From an uncultured virus (IMG/VR IMGVR_UViG_3300035696_000033) (Duplodnaviria > Heunggongvirae > Uroviricota > Caudoviricetes), in IMG/VR virus record IMGVR_UViG_3300035696_000033: a stretch of DNA of 20,000 bases; one strand, written 5' to 3'. The position numbers and the translations under genes were made by a program. Below the pieces are notes generated by a model. That model was not told where the DNA came from and ran no database searches. It saw nothing but the letters and a program-made list of their open reading frames with translations. Positions 1 to 7,649 of the stretch are shown in pieces (the stretch's first letter is position 1; each line of letters starts with the position of its first letter).

Positions 1-1
1 G

Positions 2-3000
2 GCCAAGGAGGCGGGCGACAAGGCGGAACAGAAGCGGCTGCAGCGCGAGGTCGTCGCCTACGAGCGGCAGCGGGCCAATTTCCAGCGGATGGAGGCCGCA
101 AGCCGGGGCGCGCCGGGGATAGAACAGCAGGCGGCGCTGGCGGCGGAGGACGTGCGGACGAACGAGCGGCTGGAGAAGGAGCGCCAGGTGAAGGAGAGCC
201 ACGCCAACGCGCGGAAATACGCGGAGGAATTGAAGGCGAAGGGGGCGATGCAGGTGGGCGGACGGCTGCCGGGCGGACGGAAGCCGGAGCAGCAGATTTT
301 TGAATGGGACGAGGGGGGGCTGCGGCGGCAGGCGACCATCAATTATGGCGGCGAAGGGGCGGATGTTTCCCACCGCAACCTGCGGCCGGAGAAGGCGGCG
401 CAAACCCGGTGGCAATCGGCGGTGGCGGGGATGAGCCTGCCCAACATGGCGGCGAACGTTTTGAAGGTGACGGAATGGGCTGCGGCGGTGGCGGTGCTTT
501 ACAAGAGCGTGGAGCTGCTGCGCTACAGCCTCAAGCGGATGGAGGACACGGGCATGGAAATGGCGCACCTGTCCATCGTGTTCCGGGGCGTGGGCGGCAG
601 CGTGGCCGAGCTGACGAGCGACATGATCAAGCTGGCGTCGGCGCAGGGGCGGAGCACCAGCGAGACCATGGAAAGCGCCATTGCGTGGTCTCGTCTTGGT
701 GGCGACCGGAAGGCCATCAATGAAGAGGTGCGCCTGTCCGCGCTGGCGGCGAACATTGCCCAGATCAGCATGGTTGAGAGCACCAAACAATTACAATCGC
801 TAAGCCATATCTATGGGCTGGATGTTGCCGGACTCTCAACCGCGCTGGGGGGCCTGGTGAACACCAGTTTGAAATACAACGTCACCCTCGATGAAATGTT
901 TGTGGGGCTGGACCGGTCGGCGGCGGCGGCGAAGGTGGCGGGCATAAGCTTGAGCGAACTCCAGGCAATGATCGGGGTGGTGGTGGGCGCGACGGGGCAG
1001 ACCGGGAGCATGACCGGCAACTCCCTGAAATACATATTTCAGGAAATCAACAAGCCAGAAGTGCAGCGGCAACTGCGCGGTTACGGGGTTGAGGCGCGCG
1101 GCAACAATCTGGAGATGAAGCCGGGCGGCCAGATCTTGTCCGAACTGTCCGGCCAATGGGGAACGCTGGGCAGCCACGCGCAGCAGTCGTTGAGCGGGCT
1201 GCTGGGAGGACGGTTCAACGCGGCGCGCGTGCCGATTGTGCTGCAGGATTATCCGCGGATTTTGCAACTGGCCATTGACGCGCAACTGAACCTGAACAAG
1301 GCGCAGGAAACGAACGTGAAAATCCTAGACACCCTGCACGCGCAACTGGAAGGCATCCATGCGGAATGGGACCGGCTGGTGATGAGCTCGCAGGTGATGG
1401 GGCCGTTGAGCATGGCGGCGCGCACGGGAAAAAACCTGCTGGGCGCGACGGCGGACGCGGTGACCAGCGGGAAGCCGGCGCAGACCATGGAACAGTGGCG
1501 CGACACTGTGGAAGGTTATCTTTCGCAAAAAAAGAACGCGGCCGGCCTGTGGCTGCGGGCGGGGTGGAGCACTTTGAGCAACATTGGAAACCTTGGCGGT
1601 CTTATGGGTTCAACCAGCGGGACGCCGGGCTTGTTTGACATCTTTAATTATTCGCGGCTGACATCGGATGAAAAATCGGCGGGTCGAGGGGGAGGGATAG
1701 ACGCACTCATCACCAATTTTACCAGCAAGTCGGAGGTGGCATCACAGCGCCAGACCGCGCTGGCGCTGGCCATGACCACCCTGCGAAACGGCACCATGAC
1801 CAACGAGAGCGCGGGAAGCTTTGCCGGCATCATTCAAAAAATGCAGGGCGGCGAGGCTGGCGCAAAAAAATTCATGGCAGCCTACCAGTCCCATGATTTT
1901 GAGGGCGCAAGCACGGTGTTGAACCAATTTCAGCACCAGGCGACCCAAGATGAATTGGAGGCCAAGGGAAGGGCGGCAGCGGCCGCGCAAAAACAGCAGA
2001 TGGACTGGCAGACCGCGAAAGACGAATTGGTAGCCGAACGCAACGGGCTTGGCCCCGGGGCCAAGCACGATGATTTGAACAAGCAGATTGACGATCTCAA
2101 CAGCCAGATGTCGCTTGGCAAGGAGCGCGCCGACGCCCTCTCCGCAGCCTATCAAAATCTGGCGGGCGACACGGATGATGTCTCCCGAGCCATGTCGGTC
2201 TTTGGCGGCCAGATGAAGGGACAGGAGGCGGTCGCCTCTCAAATTGAACAGTGGTTCAACATGGTGGCCGCCGTGAACCCGCTTCAGGCGTTAAGCCGAG
2301 AACTGGCGGTGGCCTCGACGCAACTGGATTACTGGCAGCAACGGAAGAAAGAAAACGACAACAACACGCCCTTCGGCCCGTTGTCACAAGAACAACAAGG
2401 ATTAAGAACCTTCTACAACGATCAAGTATTGAAGGCGGAGCAGGCGGTTCAGGCGGCGAACGATCCAGTGCGCAACCAGATGGCGCAAAAGCTGATGGAA
2501 CAGCAGTCTGGCGGCCGGGGCGCACAAAACTTCGCGACGGCGAATGATTATGGAATTGATGCGGCGGCGAAAGCATTGAGCCAGCTGCACGCCCTGCAGG
2601 CCGACCGGGATCAAACATTGAAACAGCTTCAGCAGCAGCCCGGCAACGCGGAATTGAATGGCCGATTGCAGCAGGAAGATGCGGACATCTGGCAGAGGAA
2701 GCTGGATCTGGCCAGGCGGTTTGCCGAGGTGAACCGCGACATCAAGCAACTGGCGATTGACCAGAACAAGGAGTTCATGCGGTCGTTCTACGGCGACGGG
2801 CCAGCGCAGATGCTGCAAAAACTTGCGGCGTTCCGTATGGCCTTCAACGGGGACGGCTCGCCCCGTTCGCCCTTGAGCCAGGGCGCTTTCTTTGGCTTAT
2901 CGCCGGGGATGCGGCAGGACTACGGCCAGCTCAACCCGCAATACAACCCGCAGATGATCGAGCTTCAGAACGAGAGGAACCGGATCATCCGAGCCCAGAA

Positions 3001-3334
3001 TGAGTGGAAGAACCCCACATCTCCCGGGAGTTCCCCGGGGCCGGGAACCGGATTGTATTCCGCAAAACCGATTGACGACGCGACGGTGGCGGCGGCGGCG
3101 AGCATCCATGCCTCCGGCACGTCGCTGGGGCGTGCGTTGGAGTGGGTGGGACAGCACATCAAAGACGTGGTGCAGGACGCGCTTGGTTCAAGGGGGCAAT
3201 CCGCGAAAGGCGTGGTGACTGGCGGCCAACTTCCGAAGAACCCGCAATCCGGAGGCGTGGGGGGGGCAAATGGATTTGCTGCGCCGAACTACTCCACGTT
3301 TGATTATCACACAGGAACACTAGTTCCCCATTAA
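2..3334 (+). CDS. Phage tail tape measure protein (TP901-like core), 5'-truncated by window edge
   Basis: The frame is open from nt 2 (AKEAGDKAEQKRLQREVVAYE...), so the ATG at 89 is probably internal. The protein is long, helical and Ala/Gln-rich. Residues at ~540-1300 show the TMP core pattern (KLASAQGRSTSETMESAIAWSRLG...AAAAKVAGISLSELQAMIG...TGQTGSMTGNSLKYIF...GQILSELSGQW). Confidence 0.85.
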   Translation, partial: AKEAGDKAEQKRLQREVVAYERQRANFQRMEAASRGAPGIEQQAALAAEDVRTNERLEKERQVKESHANARKYAEELKAKGAMQVGGRLPGGRKPEQQIFEWDEGGLRRQATINYGGEGADVSHRNLRPEKAAQTRWQSAVAGMSLPNMAANVLKVTEWAAAVAVLYKSVELLRYSLKRMEDTGMEMAHLSIVFRGVGGSVAELTSDMIKLASAQGRSTSETMESAIAWSRLGGDRKAINEEVRLSALAANIAQISMVESTKQLQSLSHIYGLDVAGLSTALGGLVNTSLKYNVTLDEMFVGLDRSAAAAKVAGISLSELQAMIGVVVGATGQTGSMTGNSLKYIFQEINKPEVQRQLRGYGVEARGNNLEMKPGGQILSELSGQWGTLGSHAQQSLSGLLGGRFNAARVPIVLQDYPRILQLAIDAQLNLNKAQETNVKILDTLHAQLEGIHAEWDRLVMSSQVMGPLSMAARTGKNLLGATADAVTSGKPAQTMEQWRDTVEGYLSQKKNAAGLWLRAGWSTLSNIGNLGGLMGSTSGTPGLFDIFNYSRLTSDEKSAGRGGGIDALITNFTSKSEVASQRQTALALAMTTLRNGTMTNESAGSFAGIIQKMQGGEAGAKKFMAAYQSHDFEGASTVLNQFQHQATQDELEAKGRAAAAAQKQQMDWQTAKDELVAERNGLGPGAKHDDLNKQIDDLNSQMSLGKERADALSAAYQNLAGDTDDVSRAMSVFGGQMKGQEAVASQIEQWFNMVAAVNPLQALSRELAVASTQLDYWQQRKKENDNNTPFGPLSQEQQGLRTFYNDQVLKAEQAVQAANDPVRNQMAQKLMEQQSGGRGAQNFATANDYGIDAAAKALSQLHALQADRDQTLKQLQQQPGNAELNGRLQQEDADIWQRKLDLARRFAEVNRDIKQLAIDQNKEFMRSFYGDGPAQMLQKLAAFRMAFNGDGSPRSPLSQGAFFGLSPGMRQDYGQLNPQYNPQMIELQNERNRIIRAQNEWKNPTSPGSSPGPGTGLYSAKPIDDATVAAAASIHASGTSLGRALEWVGQHIKDVVQDALGSRGQSAKGVVTGGQLPKNPQSGGVGGANGFAAPNYSTFDYHTGTLVPH

Positions 3335-3540
3335 GGCGGAAGCATTGATAGAACATGATTCAGAATGACGCAGGCACCGATGACAAGCCACATAACAGCC
3401 GCGAAGTAAAAAACCACCGGAATTTTTAATTTGACCGGTTCGCTGTCATACGGTTCGCCACAGTGAGGGCAGGCGTGGGCGTCGCTGCTGATCTGTTCAC
3501 GGCAGGCTTTGCATTGCAAAAGGTTTCGTGTGGTTTCCAT
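3331..3540 (-). CDS. Small zinc-ribbon + single transmembrane protein (moron-like)
   Basis: 69 aa with CKAC...CPHC followed by a hydrophobic stretch (IPVVFYFAAVMWLVIGACVIL). It is AT-richer than its neighbours, and its stop overlaps the TMP stop at TTAA 3331-3334. Confidence 0.75.
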   Translation of the reverse strand: METTRNLLQCKACREQISSDAHACPHCGEPYDSEPVKLKIPVVFYFAAVMWLVIGACVILNHVLSMLPP

Positions 3541-3705
3541 GAGGCTTCTTTAATCTATTACGCCGGCATGTGCAAGCCAACAACCAGCCATTCAAACTGG
3601 CCGGATCCCTCATCGGTCAGGTTGGCCGGATAATTCAGGGATTTAATTAGCCTTCGGATTTTGAGCAACGTTCCCCGGAATAAAACCGAACGGGGGTAGA
3701 CTCAT

Positions 3706-3789
3706 ATCAAGTGCGGATTGTGGAGTGCGGAGTGCGGAATTAGAAAGCCCGACCCAACCCGATCAAGTGCGGATTGCGGAATAAAGCCC
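3706..3789. repeat. Intergenic heptamer array with 15-bp direct repeat
   Basis: ATCAAGTGCGGATTG occurs at 3706-3720 and 3762-3776. Each copy is followed by GA(G/T)TG(C/T)G units and then ...AAAGCCC. Confidence 0.8.
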
Positions 3790-3811
3790 AGTCTGCATTC
3801 CTGAACGAATT

Positions 3812-6800
3812 ATGAAATTGATCTATAACAGTTTTGACCTGTCGAGCATCGGCGAGATCGCGGTGAAATGGAACCGGACCTACGAGGGCGGCAATGACGC
3901 GCCGCAGCGCTGCCGGGTGACGGTGGATTGCAGCGTCAAGGTGTTTGAGCGGTCTTATGGCGACAACTACTCGCTGCTGCGCCAGGCGCAGGCGGCGGTG
4001 ATGGCGCCGAACCAGCAACTGACGTGGACGAACGACGAGACGGGCGAGAGCTACATTGACCAGACGGCCGCGCTCACGCGCCAGAATTTCCCGGAGGAAT
4101 GGGGCACCTATTTCCAGCAGCTTGAACTGTCGTTCCAATACTGCGAGAACCTGGACACGTCGGCGCAGAACCTGCTCTGCACATTCACCAAGACGGGTTC
4201 GACCACCCCGCTCCAGTTCGACAACATCACCAAATGGGCGGAGAGCGCCAGCACGAAACGGTTCTCCACGCTGCGGAGCCAGCGGGAGCAGGTGACGGGG
4301 CAGTTGACGGTGGAAGGGCTGCTGCTGGGCGACACGACGCTGCCGCTGGCGGCGCGGCGGGCGGGTCTGGCGCAACTGGTCGCGACCTTCCGCCGCGAAC
4401 TCAACGCCGCCGACGGCAACCTCACCTACGGAGTGCAGGGATCAACGGCCACCCCCACCCCGATGTTCCAAAACGTGGTGCGCATCACATCGTTCGAGGC
4501 GGCGGTGGACCAGTCCATCTGCGCGGTGCCGTTCAAGTTCACCGCGGACTACACGCTGTTCCCGGATGAGACGAACTACGCGACGGTGACGGCGACGGCG
4601 GCGGTGAGGGACCCGCAGACGGGCGAGCTGTTCCTGAACATCAGCGGCAGGATCGAGTCGGCGACGGAGGCGCTGGCGCGCACCAAGCTGGCGGCGGTGG
4701 TCGCCGCGCTCCTGAAAAGCCACGGGTTTGACAAGGGGCAGAAGCTGGAATTCAGCGCGACGCCCAACCTGATCTCGGCCAACGCGGACGGCGACACGTT
4801 CACCGAGCTTTCGTTCACCGGCCAGTGGCGCAAGTGGCGCGCCGGAAACTTCGCGGCGTCCTTCACGCCACCGTCGCCTTCCGGCGGGGCGTTGGAACCG
4901 ATTTCGTTTGGACAGGTCTCGACATGGGAGGAGGGGATCAAGTCCGAGCGGTTTGACCCGATGCGCCCGCAACGGCGGCGCACGGTGGACACCATCACCG
5001 CGACCGGCGTGTTCGTGGGCGACGCGGGGCTGGCGCTGGCCGACCGCAAGAAGCAACTGCTCGCGCGGCAGCGGGCAATGACGGCCGCGTGCAACAACCC
5101 GCAAGGGGTGCTGCAATACGCGGACTGGAGCCAGACCGTGCGCGTGGAGAGTTTCAACGCGAAGATCAACCAGGCCGAGACGGGCATTGAATGGACGCTG
5201 TCGGCCTATTACAACGCCTTTCCGGACGAGGCGGGCTACACGACGGTGGAGGCGACCGCCGAGGAAAAGGACGGCATGACGGGCGAGATGTTCCTGACAT
5301 GCGGCGGGAAGATCCAGGCGGCGAGCGAGGCGGCGGCGCGCACCAAGCTGGGGATTGTCATCACCACATTCCTTGCGCAATACGGCTACACGGGGAGCAG
5401 CGCGCAGAAGATACAATTTGACACGACGCCCAACCTGATTTCCGCCAATGCGGACGGCGACACGTTCACCGAGCTTTCATTCAGCGGCCAGTGGCGCCGC
5501 TGGAAATCCAGCAACCAGCGGGCGGTGTTCACACAGACGGGGCACAAGACGCCGGTGGCGCTGGGCAACGTGCGGACCTGGGATGACGGCTACCGCGCCG
5601 AACGCTTTGACGTGCAGCGCAGCGAGCGGCGGCACGCGACGGGGATGGTGTCGGCCGCCGGCACGTTCTCGGTGGATCCCACGATGGCGATCGCCGACCG
5701 GCGGGCGGCCCTGTTGAAGCAGCAGCGGGCGTTGAAGGCGGAGGTGAACGCGGCGGACGGGACGCTGACGTATGGCGACTGGAGCCAGGTGGTGCGGGTT
5801 GAGGAGTTCAACGCCAAGATCAACCAGGCGGAGACGGGCGTGGACTGGAGCTTCACGGCCAGCTACTCGCTGTTCCCGAACGAGGGCGGCTATGTGACGT
5901 GCGAGTTCAGCGCCGAGGAAAAGGACGACGTGGAGACGGGCGACCAGTTCCTGACGTTTGCGGGGAACATTTCCGCGCCCAACGGATCGCTGGCCCGCGC
6001 CAAGCTCGACTCGCTGCGCGCGGCGACCCTGGGCATTTACGGTTTTACCGCGACGCAGCGCGTGCGCGGCGGCAACGCGACCCATGAAGTTTCCGCCAAC
6101 GGCGACCAGACCGCCGGCGTCCCGGAAGGGATTGAGACGCAGGGAGACGCCACGGGCGTGTCGTTCATCCAACTGTCGTTCTCCGAGGAATACCGCCGCC
6201 GGACGCCGGGGACGGTGGTGAGCAGCAAATACCAGATTGCCTCGCGCGACGACACGGCAAGCGGGCTGGTGCTGACGACCTACTCCGGCAGCGTGACGGC
6301 AACGGGCGCGACGGCGGACGCGGCGCTGGCGGCGGCGGCGGTGCAGGCGCTGCTGCTGGGCGCGAACAAGCAGGGGGCGATTGACAGCACGGCGTTTCTC
6401 AAGAGCCAGCAATGGACGATTGAACGGCGGCAGTTGACCGGCGCAAACCCGGATGAGTTTGTGGCGCTGGCGTTCAGCTACGAATACCAGAGCAAGATGG
6501 CGCCGGGGCGTTCCTATGTGGAGGCGAACACGGCCGCGGCGACCGACGCTTTCGGGCCGGATTCGCAGAACGTCAGCGGTTTTGTGGTGGCGCGCGACGA
6601 GGCCACGGCCACGGCCGTCTATCTGCAGCAGGTGCGCGCGCCCTATGCCGGGATGCTGATCCGCAACGAGACGACGACGTTTCAGCGCGTGCTGGCGGAA
6701 GCGGCGACCGCGACGCCGGCGGTTTACCAGGTGGTGGGATTGGACGGGGCCAACATCCCGCAGAATCCGCAGCCGGGAACGGGCTACACGGCGCAGATGT

Positions 6801-7489
6801 TGCGGCTGGAATTCAGTTTCACCGTGCATTCGGTGAAGCCGGCGGGACGCGTGACGGCGCGTTACTCCATGAGCGTAAGCCGCGATTTTCTGAACCTGAA
6901 GCTGTCCACCCATGTGCGGGGCAGCGTCTGGGCGGCGACGCGGCCGGCGGCGGACGCGCTGCTGCCCGCGCTCTTTGGCACGATGGCGGCCGGGCAACAG
7001 GTGACGGGCGAGCGGAACGAGGACCATGATTATACGCCGGAGTTGAACGCGTTCATCAAGCTGGACTTTGATGACGGCTATGAGGCGGCGCTGACGGGGG
7101 TGACGGGGGTTCTGGAATGCCACGTGACCGAGAGCGTGAAGTTTTCGAGCACGCGCTGGGCGGTGCAGCCGCTGCCCTTTGACAGCAATGGCGCCGGCGG
7201 CGTGAGCATTGTGCAACCCGCGGGCGTTGCGGAGGGCGGCCGCACCGTGCGCGGGACCGTGACTGCGGCGACGCTGGCGGTGGCGCAGGCGTGGGCGTGG
7301 AAACAACAGGCGTTGCTGACGGGCGATGACGACGGGACGTTTGCCCCGCTGCCGCCCGAGGTGGAAAATGACTACGAGTTTGCGCCGCGCGTGAACGGCG
7401 TGGCCAGCGGCGCCGGCCAGAACGTGCGGCTGTTCCGGGTGACCTTCACCTTTGGGGAGATTCTGCCGGATTATCCCGCGCCGGATTGA
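3812..7489 (+). CDS. Putative tail-tip/baseplate structural protein made of tandem Dit/tail-tube-like domains
   Basis: 1225 aa with strong GC3 bias, located after the TMP. The N-terminus resembles siphovirus distal tail proteins (MKLIYNSFDLSSIG...RVTVDCSV...helix...LTWTN...LELSF). There are three clear ~220-aa internal repeats. Confidence is high for the CDS and moderate for the function. Confidence 0.65.
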   Translation: MKLIYNSFDLSSIGEIAVKWNRTYEGGNDAPQRCRVTVDCSVKVFERSYGDNYSLLRQAQAAVMAPNQQLTWTNDETGESYIDQTAALTRQNFPEEWGTYFQQLELSFQYCENLDTSAQNLLCTFTKTGSTTPLQFDNITKWAESASTKRFSTLRSQREQVTGQLTVEGLLLGDTTLPLAARRAGLAQLVATFRRELNAADGNLTYGVQGSTATPTPMFQNVVRITSFEAAVDQSICAVPFKFTADYTLFPDETNYATVTATAAVRDPQTGELFLNISGRIESATEALARTKLAAVVAALLKSHGFDKGQKLEFSATPNLISANADGDTFTELSFTGQWRKWRAGNFAASFTPPSPSGGALEPISFGQVSTWEEGIKSERFDPMRPQRRRTVDTITATGVFVGDAGLALADRKKQLLARQRAMTAACNNPQGVLQYADWSQTVRVESFNAKINQAETGIEWTLSAYYNAFPDEAGYTTVEATAEEKDGMTGEMFLTCGGKIQAASEAAARTKLGIVITTFLAQYGYTGSSAQKIQFDTTPNLISANADGDTFTELSFSGQWRRWKSSNQRAVFTQTGHKTPVALGNVRTWDDGYRAERFDVQRSERRHATGMVSAAGTFSVDPTMAIADRRAALLKQQRALKAEVNAADGTLTYGDWSQVVRVEEFNAKINQAETGVDWSFTASYSLFPNEGGYVTCEFSAEEKDDVETGDQFLTFAGNISAPNGSLARAKLDSLRAATLGIYGFTATQRVRGGNATHEVSANGDQTAGVPEGIETQGDATGVSFIQLSFSEEYRRRTPGTVVSSKYQIASRDDTASGLVLTTYSGSVTATGATADAALAAAAVQALLLGANKQGAIDSTAFLKSQQWTIERRQLTGANPDEFVALAFSYEYQSKMAPGRSYVEANTAAATDAFGPDSQNVSGFVVARDEATATAVYLQQVRAPYAGMLIRNETTTFQRVLAEAATATPAVYQVVGLDGANIPQNPQPGTGYTAQMLRLEFSFTVHSVKPAGRVTARYSMSVSRDFLNLKLSTHVRGSVWAATRPAADALLPALFGTMAAGQQVTGERNEDHDYTPELNAFIKLDFDDGYEAALTGVTGVLECHVTESVKFSSTRWAVQPLPFDSNGAGGVSIVQPAGVAEGGRTVRGTVTAATLAVAQAWAWKQQALLTGDDDGTFAPLPPEVENDYEFAPRVNGVASGAGQNVRLFRVTFTFGEILPDYPAPD
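4150..6211 (+). repeat. Three tandem ~220-codon intragenic repeats
   Basis: TPNLISANADGDTFTELSF.GQWR occurs at ~4759 and ~5425 (666 nt apart, near-identical DNA). DWSQ.VRVE.FNAKINQAETG occurs at 5123 and 5777 (654 nt apart). The junction F-P-D/N-E-x-x-Y recurs at ~4560, ~5220 and ~5875. Confidence 0.9.
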
Positions 7490-7641
7490 GCACCTTGTAA
7501 ATCTTGCCATCCAGACCAATCCATTGCGGCCAGATCGTAGATAAAAATCGGGCCGTTTAATGCGGCGTGAAGCATTTTAGAACTGATGCGTTCCTTGTCT
7601 CGCAACAGCTTCATGGTGTCCCGAACGTGGATGATATTCAT
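7471..7641 (-). CDS. Possible 56-aa hypothetical protein (MNIIHVRDTMKLL...)
   Basis: The ATG lies 8 nt downstream of the helicase stop and the ORF fills the AT-richer gap between the convergent genes. It overlaps the tail gene end by 19 nt and has no recognisable motif. Confidence 0.3.
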   Translation of the reverse strand: MNIIHVRDTMKLLRDKERISSKMLHAALNGPIFIYDLAAMDWSGWQDLQGAQSGAG

Positions 7642-7649
7642 GGTGTAGT

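Noticed and set aside
3259..3266. G8 tract near the TMP end (and G7 at 18870-18876) as phase-variation sites
   Set aside because: The tracts are short, unsurprising in high-GC DNA, and both frames are intact.
3706..3789. Possible mini-CRISPR or att site from the 15-bp direct repeat
   Set aside because: There are only two copies, the repeat is built from the dispersed heptamer, and there is no spacer series, cas gene or integrase.
4866..4892. PSPSGG segment in tail repeat 2 as another palindromic insert
   Set aside because: It is only about four residues longer than the sister repeats, the stem is weak, and it does not match the other repeat families.
4759..5840. DGR template/variable repeat pair suggested by near-identical DNA repeats
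   Set aside because: Both copies are in-frame parts of tandem protein domains. Differences are mostly synonymous and not adenine-specific, and no reverse transcriptase is present in the window.
5477..7519. 680-aa - strand ORF (and 4442-5416, 3740-4375)
   Set aside because: These are Arg/His-rich antisense shadows of the 1225-aa tail gene.
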